Below are positions 15,717-25,889 of a stretch of 64,000 nt of DNA, piece after piece. The stretch is taken from NCBI GenBank assembly GCA_963814075.1, contig CAWFBO010000017.1:11950-75949 (forward strand), given 5' to 3'. The stretch's first letter is position 1; the number at the start of each line of letters is the position of its first letter. This DNA comes from an uncultured Chitinophagaceae bacterium. Lineage in GTDB: Bacteria > Bacteroidota > Bacteroidia > Chitinophagales > Chitinophagaceae. The notes below the pieces were generated by a model, which searched no databases, was not told the DNA's origin, and saw only the letters and a program-made list of their open reading frames with translations. The position numbers were made by a program, and so were the translations under genes.

Positions 15717-16391
15717 ATGATCGAAACTGCCCCGATACTTCTAACTTTAGAACTGGCTTTTCTTACTACCATCATCCTGTTTTTTATTGCCATTCCACTT
15801 GCGCAATGGCTCTCACACACAAAAAATATTTTTAAAACAATTGCAGAAGTAATTGTGAGTTTACCGTTGGTGTTGCCGCCTACCGTTATAGGGTTTTATT
15901 TGTTACTTGCTTTTAGTCCGGCAAATTCATTTGGAAGATTTTTAGAGAACTATTTTGATATCCGCCTTGCGTTTTCCTTTGGAGGTTTGTTGATTGGTTC
16001 TGTAATTTACAGTTTGCCTTTTATGGTGCACCCGGTTTTATCAGGGCTCACTTCTTTGCCTTCAAGCCTGGAAGAAGCTTCTTATTCGTCAGGCAAAACG
16101 AAAACACAAACTTTGTTTAAGGTCTTGTTGCCGAATATCAAGCCCTCTTTACTTACGGGAATTGTGCTCACTTTTGCGCATACGATCGGGGAATTTGGGG
16201 TGGTATTGATGATAGGGGGAAATATTCCGGGCAAGACCAATGTAGCGTCCATCGCGGTTTACGATGAAGTAGAGGCATTGAATTATCATAATGCAAATCT
16301 ATACGCAGCCGTGCTTGTCGGTATATCTGTAACTATTCTTTTTTTGCTTTATTTTTCAAATCGTAAGTTGCAGGAAGTTAAAATCTTATGA
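15717..16391 (+). CDS. modB: Molybdate ABC transporter permease
   Basis: LPLVLPPTVIGFYLL, SLPFMV, FAHTIGEFGVVLMIGGNIPG. Confidence 0.95.
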   Translation: MIETAPILLTLELAFLTTIILFFIAIPLAQWLSHTKNIFKTIAEVIVSLPLVLPPTVIGFYLLLAFSPANSFGRFLENYFDIRLAFSFGGLLIGSVIYSLPFMVHPVLSGLTSLPSSLEEASYSSGKTKTQTLFKVLLPNIKPSLLTGIVLTFAHTIGEFGVVLMIGGNIPGKTNVASIAVYDEVEALNYHNANLYAAVLVGISVTILFLLYFSNRKLQEVKIL

Positions 16392-17257
16392 CGCATTTTT
16401 CCCTACAAAAAAAATTACATTCTGCTGACGGCCCTCTTACACTTGATGTGAATTGTGAAATTGAAGACGGTGATTTCATCAGTTTATACGGGCCTTCCGG
16501 CGCAGGCAAAACTTCGTTGCTGAGAATGCTTGCCGGTTTTATGCAACCTGATGCCGGATTGATAAAAGTGAATAATGAGGTTTGGTTCGACAGTAAAAGC
16601 AAAATAAATACCGTTCCCCAAAAAAGGATGGCGGGCTTTGTTTTCCAGGATTATGCGCTTTTTCCCAATATGAATGTCCAGGAAAATATTTTGTATGCCC
16701 TGGGAAAGAATGATTCAAAAAAAATTATTGAAGAGTTACTCGAGATGACAGCGCTGACCGGGTTGCGCTATAAAAAAATCCAAATGTTATCCGGCGGCCA
16801 GCAACAGCGCGTTGCTCTCGCCAGGGCGCTTGCGCGAAAACCCAAATTGTTGTTACTGGATGAACCATTGTCGGCCATTGATAATGAAATGCGTGCCAAC
16901 CTCCAACAGACCTTGCTTTCCATTCATTCCTATTTTAAAGTGACCGCAATTATTGTGAGTCATGATATTAATGAGATCGTGAAGCTAACTTCCAAAACCA
17001 TTCATTTACTAAATGGCACGATTCAGCAATATTCGGCGCCCGGTGAAATTTTTCTGAATAAATCAGGTGAAAAAAATTCTTTACGGACTGTTTTCTTATC
17101 GGCTGAAAAAAAAGAAAATAGTTATGAAGTTTTAGTCCTTTCCGGTGAACAGGTTATAAGGATCAATTGTAGCGAACAGGATGCTAAGAATTTGCAAAAG
17201 GGCGATGAGATCATTGTTTCTTTTGACGGAGCTCAGGCATTTTTGCGTAAATTGTAA
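16388..17257 (+). CDS. modC: Molybdate ABC transporter ATP-binding protein
   Basis: Walker A GPSGAGKT, FQDYALFP, LSGGQQQR, LLLDEP. Confidence 0.9.
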   Translation: MTHFSLQKKLHSADGPLTLDVNCEIEDGDFISLYGPSGAGKTSLLRMLAGFMQPDAGLIKVNNEVWFDSKSKINTVPQKRMAGFVFQDYALFPNMNVQENILYALGKNDSKKIIEELLEMTALTGLRYKKIQMLSGGQQQRVALARALARKPKLLLLDEPLSAIDNEMRANLQQTLLSIHSYFKVTAIIVSHDINEIVKLTSKTIHLLNGTIQQYSAPGEIFLNKSGEKNSLRTVFLSAEKKENSYEVLVLSGEQVIRINCSEQDAKNLQKGDEIIVSFDGAQAFLRKL

Positions 17258-17275
17258 ACAAAGTAAAAGTAGAAA

Positions 17276-18256
17276 ATGATTATTGATCGATTCAATAGAG
17301 TGCATGATTATTTGAGAATATCGCTCACAGATATGTGTAACCTGCGCTGCTTTTATTGCATGCCCGAGGAAGAATATGATTTTACGCCTGCTTCAAGATT
17401 AATGCAGGAGAAGGAGATATTTGAAATCGCGAAAATATTTGTAGACAACGGCGTAAAAAAGATCAGGCTTACCGGCGGAGAACCGTTCGTAAGGAAAGAT
17501 GCGGGACACATTATTAAATCCCTCTCTTCACTTGGAATACATCTCGCTGTAACTACCAACGGTACACGGCTGCATCTGTTTGAAGATGTGTTGGAAGCGT
17601 CTCACATTCATTCAATCAATATCAGTCTTGATACATTGAAAGCTGAGAAATATAGGTTTATTACCAAACGCGATATGTTTGATCTTGTAAAGAAAAACAT
17701 TGACAGTTTTATCCATAAGAATTTTAAAGTAAAGGTCAATGTGGTGGTGATGAAAGATTTTAATGAAAACGAAATAACTGATTTTATCCACTGGACAAAA
17801 AATGTTCCTGTACATGTTCGTTTTATTGAGTTCATGCCCTTTGAAGGCAATCGCTGGACCAGCAACAAAGTGGTTTCAATGGATGAGATATTGCAAAGAA
17901 TCGGAACTAATTTTGAATTTTTCCCTGAGAAAGGAGAGAAAAATGACACTGAAAAAAAATACCGGGTTCCGGGACATGAAGGTAGTTTCGGGATTATCAG
18001 CACAATGACAAAACCTTTTTGTGATAGCTGTAACCGCATGCGATTGACGGCTGACGGCAAATTAAAAAATTGTCTTTTTTCAAATGGCGAAGCTGATCTG
18101 CTAACACCTTTCAGAAACGGAGAAGATATCTTACCATTGATCCTTCAAAATATTAAAAGCAAAGCGAAAGAACTGGGAGGCCAGTTTACAAGCAACCTGC
18201 AAAATGTAGAAGCAGGACATATTCACAACAGGAGTATGATTACTATTGGAGGTTAA
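17276..18256 (+). CDS. moaA: GTP 3',8-cyclase
   Basis: YLRISLTD.CNLRCFYCM radical-SAM motif, FCDSCNRMRLTADG.LKNCL, C-terminal IGG. Confidence 0.96.
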   Translation: MIIDRFNRVHDYLRISLTDMCNLRCFYCMPEEEYDFTPASRLMQEKEIFEIAKIFVDNGVKKIRLTGGEPFVRKDAGHIIKSLSSLGIHLAVTTNGTRLHLFEDVLEASHIHSINISLDTLKAEKYRFITKRDMFDLVKKNIDSFIHKNFKVKVNVVVMKDFNENEITDFIHWTKNVPVHVRFIEFMPFEGNRWTSNKVVSMDEILQRIGTNFEFFPEKGEKNDTEKKYRVPGHEGSFGIISTMTKPFCDSCNRMRLTADGKLKNCLFSNGEADLLTPFRNGEDILPLILQNIKSKAKELGGQFTSNLQNVEAGHIHNRSMITIGG

Positions 18257-18266
18257 TGAAAAAGCA

Positions 18267-19447
18267 ATGATTTCAGTCAGAGAAGCAAAACAAAAAATTG
18301 AAGAAAAAGTTGCTTTACTGCAACCAAAAGTTATGCCTTTGCAGGAAATATGCGGGTTTGACCCTTGCAGAGGACGTGTACGCAAAATATGATATTCCGT
18401 CATTTGCTCAATCTTCTATGGATGGATATGCCATAAGATTTGAGGATAAGAGATCTTCCTCTTTTTGTCCGGGAAAAGATTGCTGCCGGTGATTCTAAGT
18501 CTTACAGTCTCTCCGCAAAGCAGGCGGCGCGAATCTTTACAGGTGCACCGCTTCCTACAAATGCTGATACGGTTGTAATGCAGGAAAAAGTAGTTCTTAA
18601 AGATGGAACCGTTTTGATAAAAGATGACAACCTGCAAAAAGGCGATTATGTGCGAAATCAAGGCGCCGAAATCAAATCAGGAGAGATTGCTTTGAAGGCT
18701 AACACTTTCGTAACGCCCGCGGCTGTTGGTTTTTTGGCGGCTATTGGCATCGCTGAAATGGCTGTTTATCCTGCGCCTTCGGCAACGATCATTATTACCG
18801 GTAACGAGTTGCAACAAGCCGGCAAAGAACTTTTATTCGGGCAGGTTTATGAATCGAATTCGGCGTCTTTGTCAGCCGCTTTAAAATTAGCAGGAGTTGA
18901 AAAGATCGGGATTTTATATGCAGACGACAAACCTGAAGTTGTTGAATCTGCATTGAAAAAAGCTTTGGAAGAGAGTAACCTGATTTTGTTCACGGGGGGT
19001 GTAAGTGTTGGCGATTACGATTTTGTTTTGCAGGCCACAGAAAAGTGCGACGTGCAAAAACATTTTCATAAAATAAAACAAAAACCGGGAAAGCCACTGT
19101 ATTTCGGAACGAAAGAAAATAAGGTAATTTTTGGGTTGCCCGGAAATCCGGGTTCTGTGCTTACTTGTTTTTATGAATACGTTTTGATGGCGATAGAAAA
19201 AATGACGTCGAAGCCGAATCTTGTAAAAAAAATAAAAGCAACTTTGCAAAGCGATTATTCAAAGAAGACAGGAATGACGCACTTTCTGAAAGGCTCTTAT
19301 AAAAACGGAAAAGTTGAAGTGCTTGCTTCGCAGGCTTCTTTCCAATTACGTTCTTTTGCAAAAGCCAATTGTTTAATTGTTGTTGATGAAGAAGATGAGT
19401 TTGTGAAAAATGGCGATGAAGTGGAAGTTCACTTATTGCCGGTTTAA
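18267..19447 (+). CDS. moeA: Molybdopterin molybdenumtransferase (frameshifted near 5' end)
   Basis: MISVREA start, SSMDGYA, RIFTGAPLP, TGNEL, GGVSVGDYD, KPGKP and GLPGNP. Confidence 0.92.
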
Positions 19448-19457
19448 TTAATTGAAA

Positions 19458-19685
19458 ATGGACATTAAAATTTTTGGACAGTTAACAGATATATTCTCGC
19501 AGGAAAAAATTTCGGTAGAAAATGTTGCCGACGTGAACGAATTAAAAGATCATTTGTTGAAGTCATTTCCTGCTTTGGCTGAAAAAACTTTTGTGATTGC
19601 GGTAAACAGGAAAATAACTCACGAAAACATTTCTCTAAGCGGAGACGCGGAAATTGCTTTGTTACCACCATTTTCCGGAGGTTAA
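19458..19685 (+). CDS. moaD: Molybdopterin synthase sulfur carrier subunit
   Basis: Small ubiquitin-like protein ending ALLPPFSGG. Confidence 0.92.
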   Translation: MDIKIFGQLTDIFSQEKISVENVADVNELKDHLLKSFPALAEKTFVIAVNRKITHENISLSGDAEIALLPPFSGG

Positions 19686-19688
19686 ATT

Positions 19689-20777
19689 ATGAATGAAATG
19701 GAACGATATAGCCGCCAGGTTTTATTAAAAGAATTTGGTGAAAAAGGGCAGGCAAAGTTGTCCGCGTCAAAAATTTTGATTGCCGGGGTAGGAGGCTTGG
19801 GTTGTCCGGCATTATTGTATTTGGCAGCTGCAGGTGCAGGTTGTATCGGTATCGCTGACGACGATTATGTTTCATTGAACAATTTGCAACGGCAGGTTTT
19901 GTTTTCTACGAAAGATATTGGTAAATCCAAAGTGATGGTTGCCAAAGAAAAAATAAAAGAGATTAATCCCGAAGTTGAAATACTTGTTCATGAAGAAAGA
20001 TTAACGAATGCAAATGCGTTGGATGTAATTAAAGGATACGATCTCGTGATAGATGGCACTGATAACTTTCCTTCCAAATATTTGATCAATGACGCCTGTG
20101 TTTTATTAAACAAACCTTTGATCTACGGATCGGTTTCAAAGTTTGAAGGACAGGTGGCTGTTTTTAATGTGAGGGACAAAAAAAATGTAACATGCAATTA
20201 CCGCGATTTGTTTCCTCAACCACCGGCTGAAAAAATATTAAGTTGCGCTGAAGAGGGAGTGCTCGGATCTACAACCGGCATTATTGGAACGATGCAGGCG
20301 AACGAAGCGATCAAATTAATCTCGGGAATTGGCGAACCATTGCTCAATCAATTATTCATTTTTAATTCTTTGAACAATCAGTCTTACACCATTGAAATTA
20401 GTGCAAACAGCAAAGACTACCAGTTGCCTTCAAATGAAGATGAATTCAGGCAAACTAATTATGATTGGTTATGTGGAGCAGGTATCCAGATTGAAGAAAT
20501 TGATGGAGTAAAATTACGCGAAATGATCGAAGAAAAAGAAGCCGTTTTCATTGATGTGCGCGAGTTTGATGAAAAGCCGGAAGTGAATTTTGAACATCAA
20601 AGGATGCCGCTTTCTAAATTTAAAAGTCAAATTGAAAATATTACCGCCAGTAAAATTGTTTGTTTTTGCCAAACGGGAAAAAGAAGCGTAGATGCGGCCA
20701 GGATGCTGGTAGAACATTTTGGAGAAACAAAAAAAGTGTACAGCTTAAAAGATGGCGTTTTAAGTTTGCAGGATTAA
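19689..20777 (+). CDS. moeB: Molybdopterin-synthase adenylyltransferase with C-terminal rhodanese domain
   Basis: RYSRQ, GVGGLG, NNLQRQ, DGTDNF; rhodanese IDVRE...FCQTGKRS. Confidence 0.9.
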   Translation: MNEMERYSRQVLLKEFGEKGQAKLSASKILIAGVGGLGCPALLYLAAAGAGCIGIADDDYVSLNNLQRQVLFSTKDIGKSKVMVAKEKIKEINPEVEILVHEERLTNANALDVIKGYDLVIDGTDNFPSKYLINDACVLLNKPLIYGSVSKFEGQVAVFNVRDKKNVTCNYRDLFPQPPAEKILSCAEEGVLGSTTGIIGTMQANEAIKLISGIGEPLLNQLFIFNSLNNQSYTIEISANSKDYQLPSNEDEFRQTNYDWLCGAGIQIEEIDGVKLREMIEEKEAVFIDVREFDEKPEVNFEHQRMPLSKFKSQIENITASKIVCFCQTGKRSVDAARMLVEHFGETKKVYSLKDGVLSLQD

Positions 20778-20782
20778 AGAAC

Positions 20783-21226
20783 ATGGAAAAGAGGAAACCC
20801 AAAAATATTTTTCAGCAAGGGCCGGTAACGGCTTCGTTTATCGGTGAAAGCATTCAAAAACATGCATCAAAAAAAGATATTGGCGCGCACAGTATCTTTT
20901 TAGGACAGGTGCGCGCAGATAAAATAAATGGCGAAACGGTTGCTGCTATTGAGTATACGACCTATGAAGAAATGGCTTTGGAAAAAATGCATGAGATACG
21001 CGAAGCTATTTTTGCGAAATATGAACTCACGTGTTTACATGTGCATCACAGTTTGGGAAGAGTAAAAGCGGGCGAAATAAGCTTGTTTGTATTTGCCTCT
21101 TCGGCACACAGGAAAGCAGCAATTGAAGCGTGCAACGAAATTGTTGAAAGGATTAAAAAAGAATTGCCGGTTTGGGGAAAAGAAATTTTTGAAAGCGAAG
21201 GTTATCAATGGAAAGAAAATAGATAA
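20783..21226 (+). CDS. moaE: Molybdopterin synthase catalytic subunit
   Basis: GAHSIFLGQVR, HSLGRV, SAHRKAA, IKKELPVWGKE; probable ATG at 20783. Confidence 0.92.
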   Translation: MEKRKPKNIFQQGPVTASFIGESIQKHASKKDIGAHSIFLGQVRADKINGETVAAIEYTTYEEMALEKMHEIREAIFAKYELTCLHVHHSLGRVKAGEISLFVFASSAHRKAAIEACNEIVERIKKELPVWGKEIFESEGYQWKENR

Positions 21227-22146
21227 TGGTAAACATCACACACAAACAAAATTCATTACGGCAGGCAATTGCTTCCGCAGTCGTAAAGGTTTCAAAACAG
21301 GAAACCATAGACGCAATTAAGGAACGAAAGGTTCCGAAGGGTGATGTTTTTGAATTTGCGCGTGCTGCAGGTTTGCTCGGCATAAAAAAAACAAGCGATG
21401 TAATTCCGGATTGCCATCCTTTGCCCGTTGAATTCGCTTCAATCACTTATGAAATTGAAAATCTTTCTGTAAAAATTTCCGTTGAAGTTCACACGATTTA
21501 TAAAACGGGCGTAGAAGTGGAAGCTATGCATGGCGCTTCGGTAACGGCTTTGGTAATGTATGACATGTTGAAGCCTATTGATAAAAATGTGGAGATTTCT
21601 TCTATCAAATTAGAAAGTAAGAAAGGTGGCAAGACTGATTTTAGTAAAAATGACTACAATAAAATAAAATGCGCGGTTGTAGTTTGTTCCGACCGCGTTT
21701 CGAGAGGGGAGAAGGAAGACACTTCCGGGAAAGCTATCCTGGAAAAAATGCAAACTTTCGGAATTACTAAAACGGATTATAAAATTATTCCTGATGATTT
21801 CAATGAGATACAGAATATCGCAAAATATTTTGTGAATGAAAAATTCGATATCGTGATCTTTACCGGTGGCACGGGTTTATCTTCCCGTGATGTAACACCT
21901 GATGCAATTTCTCCATTAATCGAAAAAGAAATCGCAGGAATTATGGAGCAGGCGCGCCATTACGGGCAGCAACGAATGCCTTATGCCATGTTATCCAGGG
22001 GAGTTGCAGGCTTCATAAAAAAAACACTCGTTCTAACATTGCCCGGCTCGAAAAAAGGAGCTATAGAAACGATCGATGCGCTCTTTCCTTATGTTCTTCA
22101 TTTGTTTGATCTAAATGATTCTTCTGTGCACGAAAAATCAGAATAA
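21226..22146 (+). CDS. moaC: Bifunctional MoaC / MoaB(MogA) protein
   Basis: MVNITHK, IPDCHP, TGVEVEA, YDMLK, KKGGK (MoaC) fused to TGGTGLSSRDVTPDA, AMLSRG, LPGS (MoaB/MogA). Confidence 0.92.
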   Translation: MVNITHKQNSLRQAIASAVVKVSKQETIDAIKERKVPKGDVFEFARAAGLLGIKKTSDVIPDCHPLPVEFASITYEIENLSVKISVEVHTIYKTGVEVEAMHGASVTALVMYDMLKPIDKNVEISSIKLESKKGGKTDFSKNDYNKIKCAVVVCSDRVSRGEKEDTSGKAILEKMQTFGITKTDYKIIPDDFNEIQNIAKYFVNEKFDIVIFTGGTGLSSRDVTPDAISPLIEKEIAGIMEQARHYGQQRMPYAMLSRGVAGFIKKTLVLTLPGSKKGAIETIDALFPYVLHLFDLNDSSVHEKSE

Positions 22147-22423
22147 CTTTCCCCCTTTTTCATACAAATAAATTGCCGGAATAAAAATTCCCATTCTTTG
22201 TTTGTTTACTCGCCTTAAGAAATCTTTAAGGGATTTTGTGAATCTGTTTCCACAATAATTTTTGAAGTGTGTATAATCCCTTTCACAATAATCCTAAACC
22301 ATAAAAAATCTTTATCAGTAAGTCACTGACATCAAACCATTTAAAAAGTGGTTCTTTTTTTAGCATGCATCTTGAATAACTGGGAGGTGAAAAGATTTTT
22401 TGAAAAACTAAAAAAATACCCGT

Positions 22424-22957
22424 ATGAAAATGACATTAAAAACGCTCATGCTGGGCTTTATTGCCAGCACAATTTTTTTCTCGTGCAAGAAGAATAATAG
22501 TAAGACTATAGAAACTTTGAGTTCCCGGGATTCTGCGTTTATTATGGAAGCAGCTGTCCTGAACACAGCGGAAGTTCAGGTAGGCCAACTTGCTGATTCA
22601 ACTTCAGATACTTCCACTATACAAAATTTTGCTATGACGCTTATAAACGATCACCAGGCAGCGCAAAATGATTTGAAATCATTGGGTGCAGAGGTGAATA
22701 TAGCCATTGCAGATACCACAAATGGCTATAACATGATGCGCCTTGACAGCCTGCGCAATTTATCAGGCCGCGCTTTTGATTCTGCGTTTATTATGAACCA
22801 GATAACTGACCATACGAAGGCGATTTCTGACTATCAGGCTGAATCAACTTCAGGTAATCAAACATCTGTCGTGAATTATGCAAATAAATATTTGCCAACA
22901 CTGCAGAAACATTTGAATACAGCCGACAGTATAGCAACTGAGATGAATTTCAAATAA
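22424..22957 (+). CDS. DUF4142 (ferritin-like) lipoprotein
   Basis: Lipobox FFSC; D.AFIMEAA...EVQVGQLA...FA..LINDH, FDSAFI..QITDH, LPTLQKHL. Confidence 0.85.
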   Translation: MKMTLKTLMLGFIASTIFFSCKKNNSKTIETLSSRDSAFIMEAAVLNTAEVQVGQLADSTSDTSTIQNFAMTLINDHQAAQNDLKSLGAEVNIAIADTTNGYNMMRLDSLRNLSGRAFDSAFIMNQITDHTKAISDYQAESTSGNQTSVVNYANKYLPTLQKHLNTADSIATEMNFK

Positions 22958-23263
22958 CGTTTTTAGGTGAACGTTAACAGAAGCGGGAGGAAGGTGCTAC
23001 TTAGCTTGCCGTTTCTCTTGCAAACATAAAAGTGAATACTTGGAAAACGTTCGATTTTATTTTGATTTAACTGCCCGGCCATGACCGGGCAGTTTTACGT
23101 TTGTGCATTATCGTTATCGCGAAATAAAAAAGCTGTGTTTTTATTTGTTTACTGCTTTTTATTTCAATATATAAAAGGTCAATTGTGTTTAAACTCTGTG
23201 AAAACTCGTGACATTTTTGTAAAAAGTGAATGTATATTTGATGAACCGAAAACATTCACGTAT

Positions 23264-24748
23264 ATGCTTAAACGCAGGACATTTCTCAAAAAATCATTAA
23301 TTGCCGGACTAGGAACATCGGTGCTGAAACCGAATATATTTAAATCAAAAGCGGTTCTTGCCGAAAACAATACGAAGGGGACTTCAAAAAAGATCATCGT
23401 TGGCGGTGCAGGCATAAGCGGCCTCTGCTGCGCATATGAGTTGATGAAAAAAGGGCATGATGTTACAATCCTGGAAGCAAGTGGGCGACATGGCGGCCAT
23501 GTTTTTACCGGTCATGATGGTTTGTCGGATGGTTTGTACGCCGACTTTGGCGCCGATCACATTACGAGGCCCGGTTATGAACGTTTTTTTGAATACCTGG
23601 AAGAATTTGACCTGGAGGCGCTGGCTTACCCTAATGCCGAAGGATCTCCGAATCCGAAAGAAAGAAATTCTCTTACCATGATCGGTGGAAAATTTTACAC
23701 GGAAGATATGCTGGCTGATCCGCAAGTGCTAAAAAGCTTCGGTTTTAACCAGCGCGAAATACAATTTTTATCATCACATCCATGGTACGAACTCCGATCA
23801 TTATTTCTTAGTTCTTATCTTGATAAATTTAAAGATCCCTATCAACCTTTTGGCGTAGGTTATGATGAACTGGATAGCATACCTATTGCCGATATTTATA
23901 AAAAGGAAGGCGCTTCTGCCGGAGCTCTTAACTACCTTGGCGGGAGACATACTTCGGCGCTTTATGAATTATGGCGGATGGCTGTCATGAAATTCCGGGG
24001 AATTCCACTTTCAGAAGGAGAAACCTTTAGGGTTAAAGGTGGTAACCAGCAATTGCCAACGGCTTTTGCAAAACATTTGGGAGCTGGAGTAAAACTGGCC
24101 CACCCGATTACGTCCATTCAGCAGGATGCAAATGGTGTAACGGTGACCTATAAAGCATTTGGAAGAGATGAGGAAAATCAAATGAAAGCCGATTATTTTG
24201 TTAATTGTATTTCACTTCAAATCTTTAAAAATATTCCGGTAACACCATCTTTGTCTCCCGGAAAGCAGTTTGTAGTTGATAACCTGGGCTACACTTCGCA
24301 TCCTTTTTATGTGTTTGAGGCGAGTTCTAAATTTTGGCTCGATGATGGATTTAAAAGTATCAATATGTCGTTTGAACATCCGGATATTTCTTCGATCTGG
24401 CAGGAACCAAACGAAGTTGACACTACGCGTGTCATTTTGAAAGCCTATGGTCCCGGAGGACTTTCACCTCAAAGAGTTTTGGGTGCATTCAGGGAAGTAT
24501 ACCCCGGAAAACATGACACGATTGTGCAAGCGCTCACTCTTGACTGGACAAAAGATAAATTTGCCCCAACCTGTGAAATGTTGCCTTTTCCTATCGGGCA
24601 AATGCATAAGTTTTGGCCGGAGATCATGAAGGCCGATGGGAGAATTTATTTTGCGGGGACTTACGCGGATAACCTTAGCCGCGGTATGGAATCGTGTCTT
24701 CGTTCAGCACAAAGAGTTGCCAAAGAAATAGACGAAAAAGGATCTTAA
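23264..24748 (+). CDS. Tat-exported flavin-dependent amine oxidoreductase
   Basis: MLKRRTFLK Tat signal; GAGISGL and EASGRHGG FAD motifs; GGNQQLP; IYFAG. A TATATTTG promoter-like box at 23233 supports the 23264 start. Confidence 0.85.
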   Translation: MLKRRTFLKKSLIAGLGTSVLKPNIFKSKAVLAENNTKGTSKKIIVGGAGISGLCCAYELMKKGHDVTILEASGRHGGHVFTGHDGLSDGLYADFGADHITRPGYERFFEYLEEFDLEALAYPNAEGSPNPKERNSLTMIGGKFYTEDMLADPQVLKSFGFNQREIQFLSSHPWYELRSLFLSSYLDKFKDPYQPFGVGYDELDSIPIADIYKKEGASAGALNYLGGRHTSALYELWRMAVMKFRGIPLSEGETFRVKGGNQQLPTAFAKHLGAGVKLAHPITSIQQDANGVTVTYKAFGRDEENQMKADYFVNCISLQIFKNIPVTPSLSPGKQFVVDNLGYTSHPFYVFEASSKFWLDDGFKSINMSFEHPDISSIWQEPNEVDTTRVILKAYGPGGLSPQRVLGAFREVYPGKHDTIVQALTLDWTKDKFAPTCEMLPFPIGQMHKFWPEIMKADGRIYFAGTYADNLSRGMESCLRSAQRVAKEIDEKGS

Positions 24749-24777
24749 TTTTTAATTAGAAAAATCAAGGCAAAAGC

Positions 24778-25536
24778 ATGTTGAAAGGAACTGTTTTTTT
24801 AATTGCTACTTCATTGATCTTTTTTATAATTCTTCTTATAATTAACTTTCCTTTTTTGCCGCTTAGCGTTCATGCGGGCACCCGGCGAAGCCAGGATGAC
24901 AATCACCCACCCGTTGTGAAAATACTTTCTCCGAAAAACAACAGCAAGTTCGCGCCAAACTCACAGGTTCCTTATGAGATCAGTGTTTCGGACAAAGAAG
25001 ATGGTGAATCGAAATACCAGGAGATCAATCCAAAAGAAGTTTTTTTAGAAATAAAATACGCGAGCGATACTTCCAAAGCACTTGCATTGATTAAAAAAAA
25101 TGGCAGGGCAGATCCGCCGGGCCTTTCTGTCATTAAAACTTCAAACTGCATGAATTGCCACGCCTTCAAAAGCAAATTGATAGGACCTTCATTTTATGAC
25201 ATTACCCGGCGCTATAAACCTGTCGCGAAAACAGAAGATACTTTGGCGATCCACATCCTGAATGGATCTAAAGGAAGGTGGGGAAATGTGCAAATGCCTT
25301 CCAACAATAAATTAAATGCAGCGGAAGCGAAGGAAGTTATCAACTGGCTTTTTAAAAACAGTATTGATTCCGATGTGAATTATTTGGCCGGAACTGAAGG
25401 CTCTTTCAGGCTAAACCCATTCGCGGCCTCTTTTAAAAATGTTATACTTATTGCCAGCTATACAGATCATGGGTTAAAAGACAAGCCGCATCAAAATCTA
25501 AAGGGTGAGGATATGGTTATCCTGCAGGTAAAATAA
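24778..25536 (+). CDS. Mono-heme c-type cytochrome with extra beta-sandwich segments
   Basis: CMNCH heme motif, IGPSF..I..RY, GS.G.WG...MP axial Met (c551/c552-like); hydrophobic N-terminus; flanking SDKEDG and ASYTD segments. Confidence 0.85.
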   Translation: MLKGTVFLIATSLIFFIILLIINFPFLPLSVHAGTRRSQDDNHPPVVKILSPKNNSKFAPNSQVPYEISVSDKEDGESKYQEINPKEVFLEIKYASDTSKALALIKKNGRADPPGLSVIKTSNCMNCHAFKSKLIGPSFYDITRRYKPVAKTEDTLAIHILNGSKGRWGNVQMPSNNKLNAAEAKEVINWLFKNSIDSDVNYLAGTEGSFRLNPFAASFKNVILIASYTDHGLKDKPHQNLKGEDMVILQVK

Positions 25537-25590
25537 CGATCCTGAAGTTTATAATTAGCGTTTACCCTTTACCGTTATGTACGCTTTTGA

Positions 25591-25845
25591 TCAATATTGA
25601 TTATAATTATCGTGGCCGAGTTGTTTCACAAGTTTGTTATAAACTCCAAAAAGTAAAAGCGGAGCAGCCCATTGGCCAAAGAAGAGGCTCTTATGTTTTT
25701 GACCGGCAACGTGAAGCGACAACGAAACTGCCATTGACGCGACAGCCGCCCATAAGAAAACATCCGAAGGAAGTTTTGCGGTTTCACTTTCAATTTTTTT
25801 AGCAAGCCGGCCTTCGCGATGTTCAGGTTTGATTAATTGTTCCAT
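25591..25845 (-). CDS. Small hypothetical membrane protein
   Basis: MEQLIKPEHREG...LPSDVFLWAAVASM...FFGQWAAPLLLFGVYNKLVKQLGHD; two hydrophobic segments. Confidence 0.75.
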   Translation of the reverse strand: MEQLIKPEHREGRLAKKIESETAKLPSDVFLWAAVASMAVSLSLHVAGQKHKSLFFGQWAAPLLLFGVYNKLVKQLGHDNYNQY

Positions 25846-25874
25846 AAATGTTGTTTTAAATTTTGCAAACAAAT

Positions 25875-25889
25875 TCAAATTTCGTGCCC
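25875..25889 (-). promoter_or_regulatory. Candidate sigma54-type promoter
   Basis: The minus strand reads GGGCAC-GAAAT-TTGA, resembling TGGCAC-N5-TTGC, about 30 nt upstream of the 25845 start. Confidence 0.4.

Noticed and set aside
23081-23263. N-terminal extension of the flavin oxidoreductase ORF
   Set aside because: The Tat motif starts at ATG 23264 and a promoter-like TATATTTG lies inside the extension, so the upstream start is unlikely.
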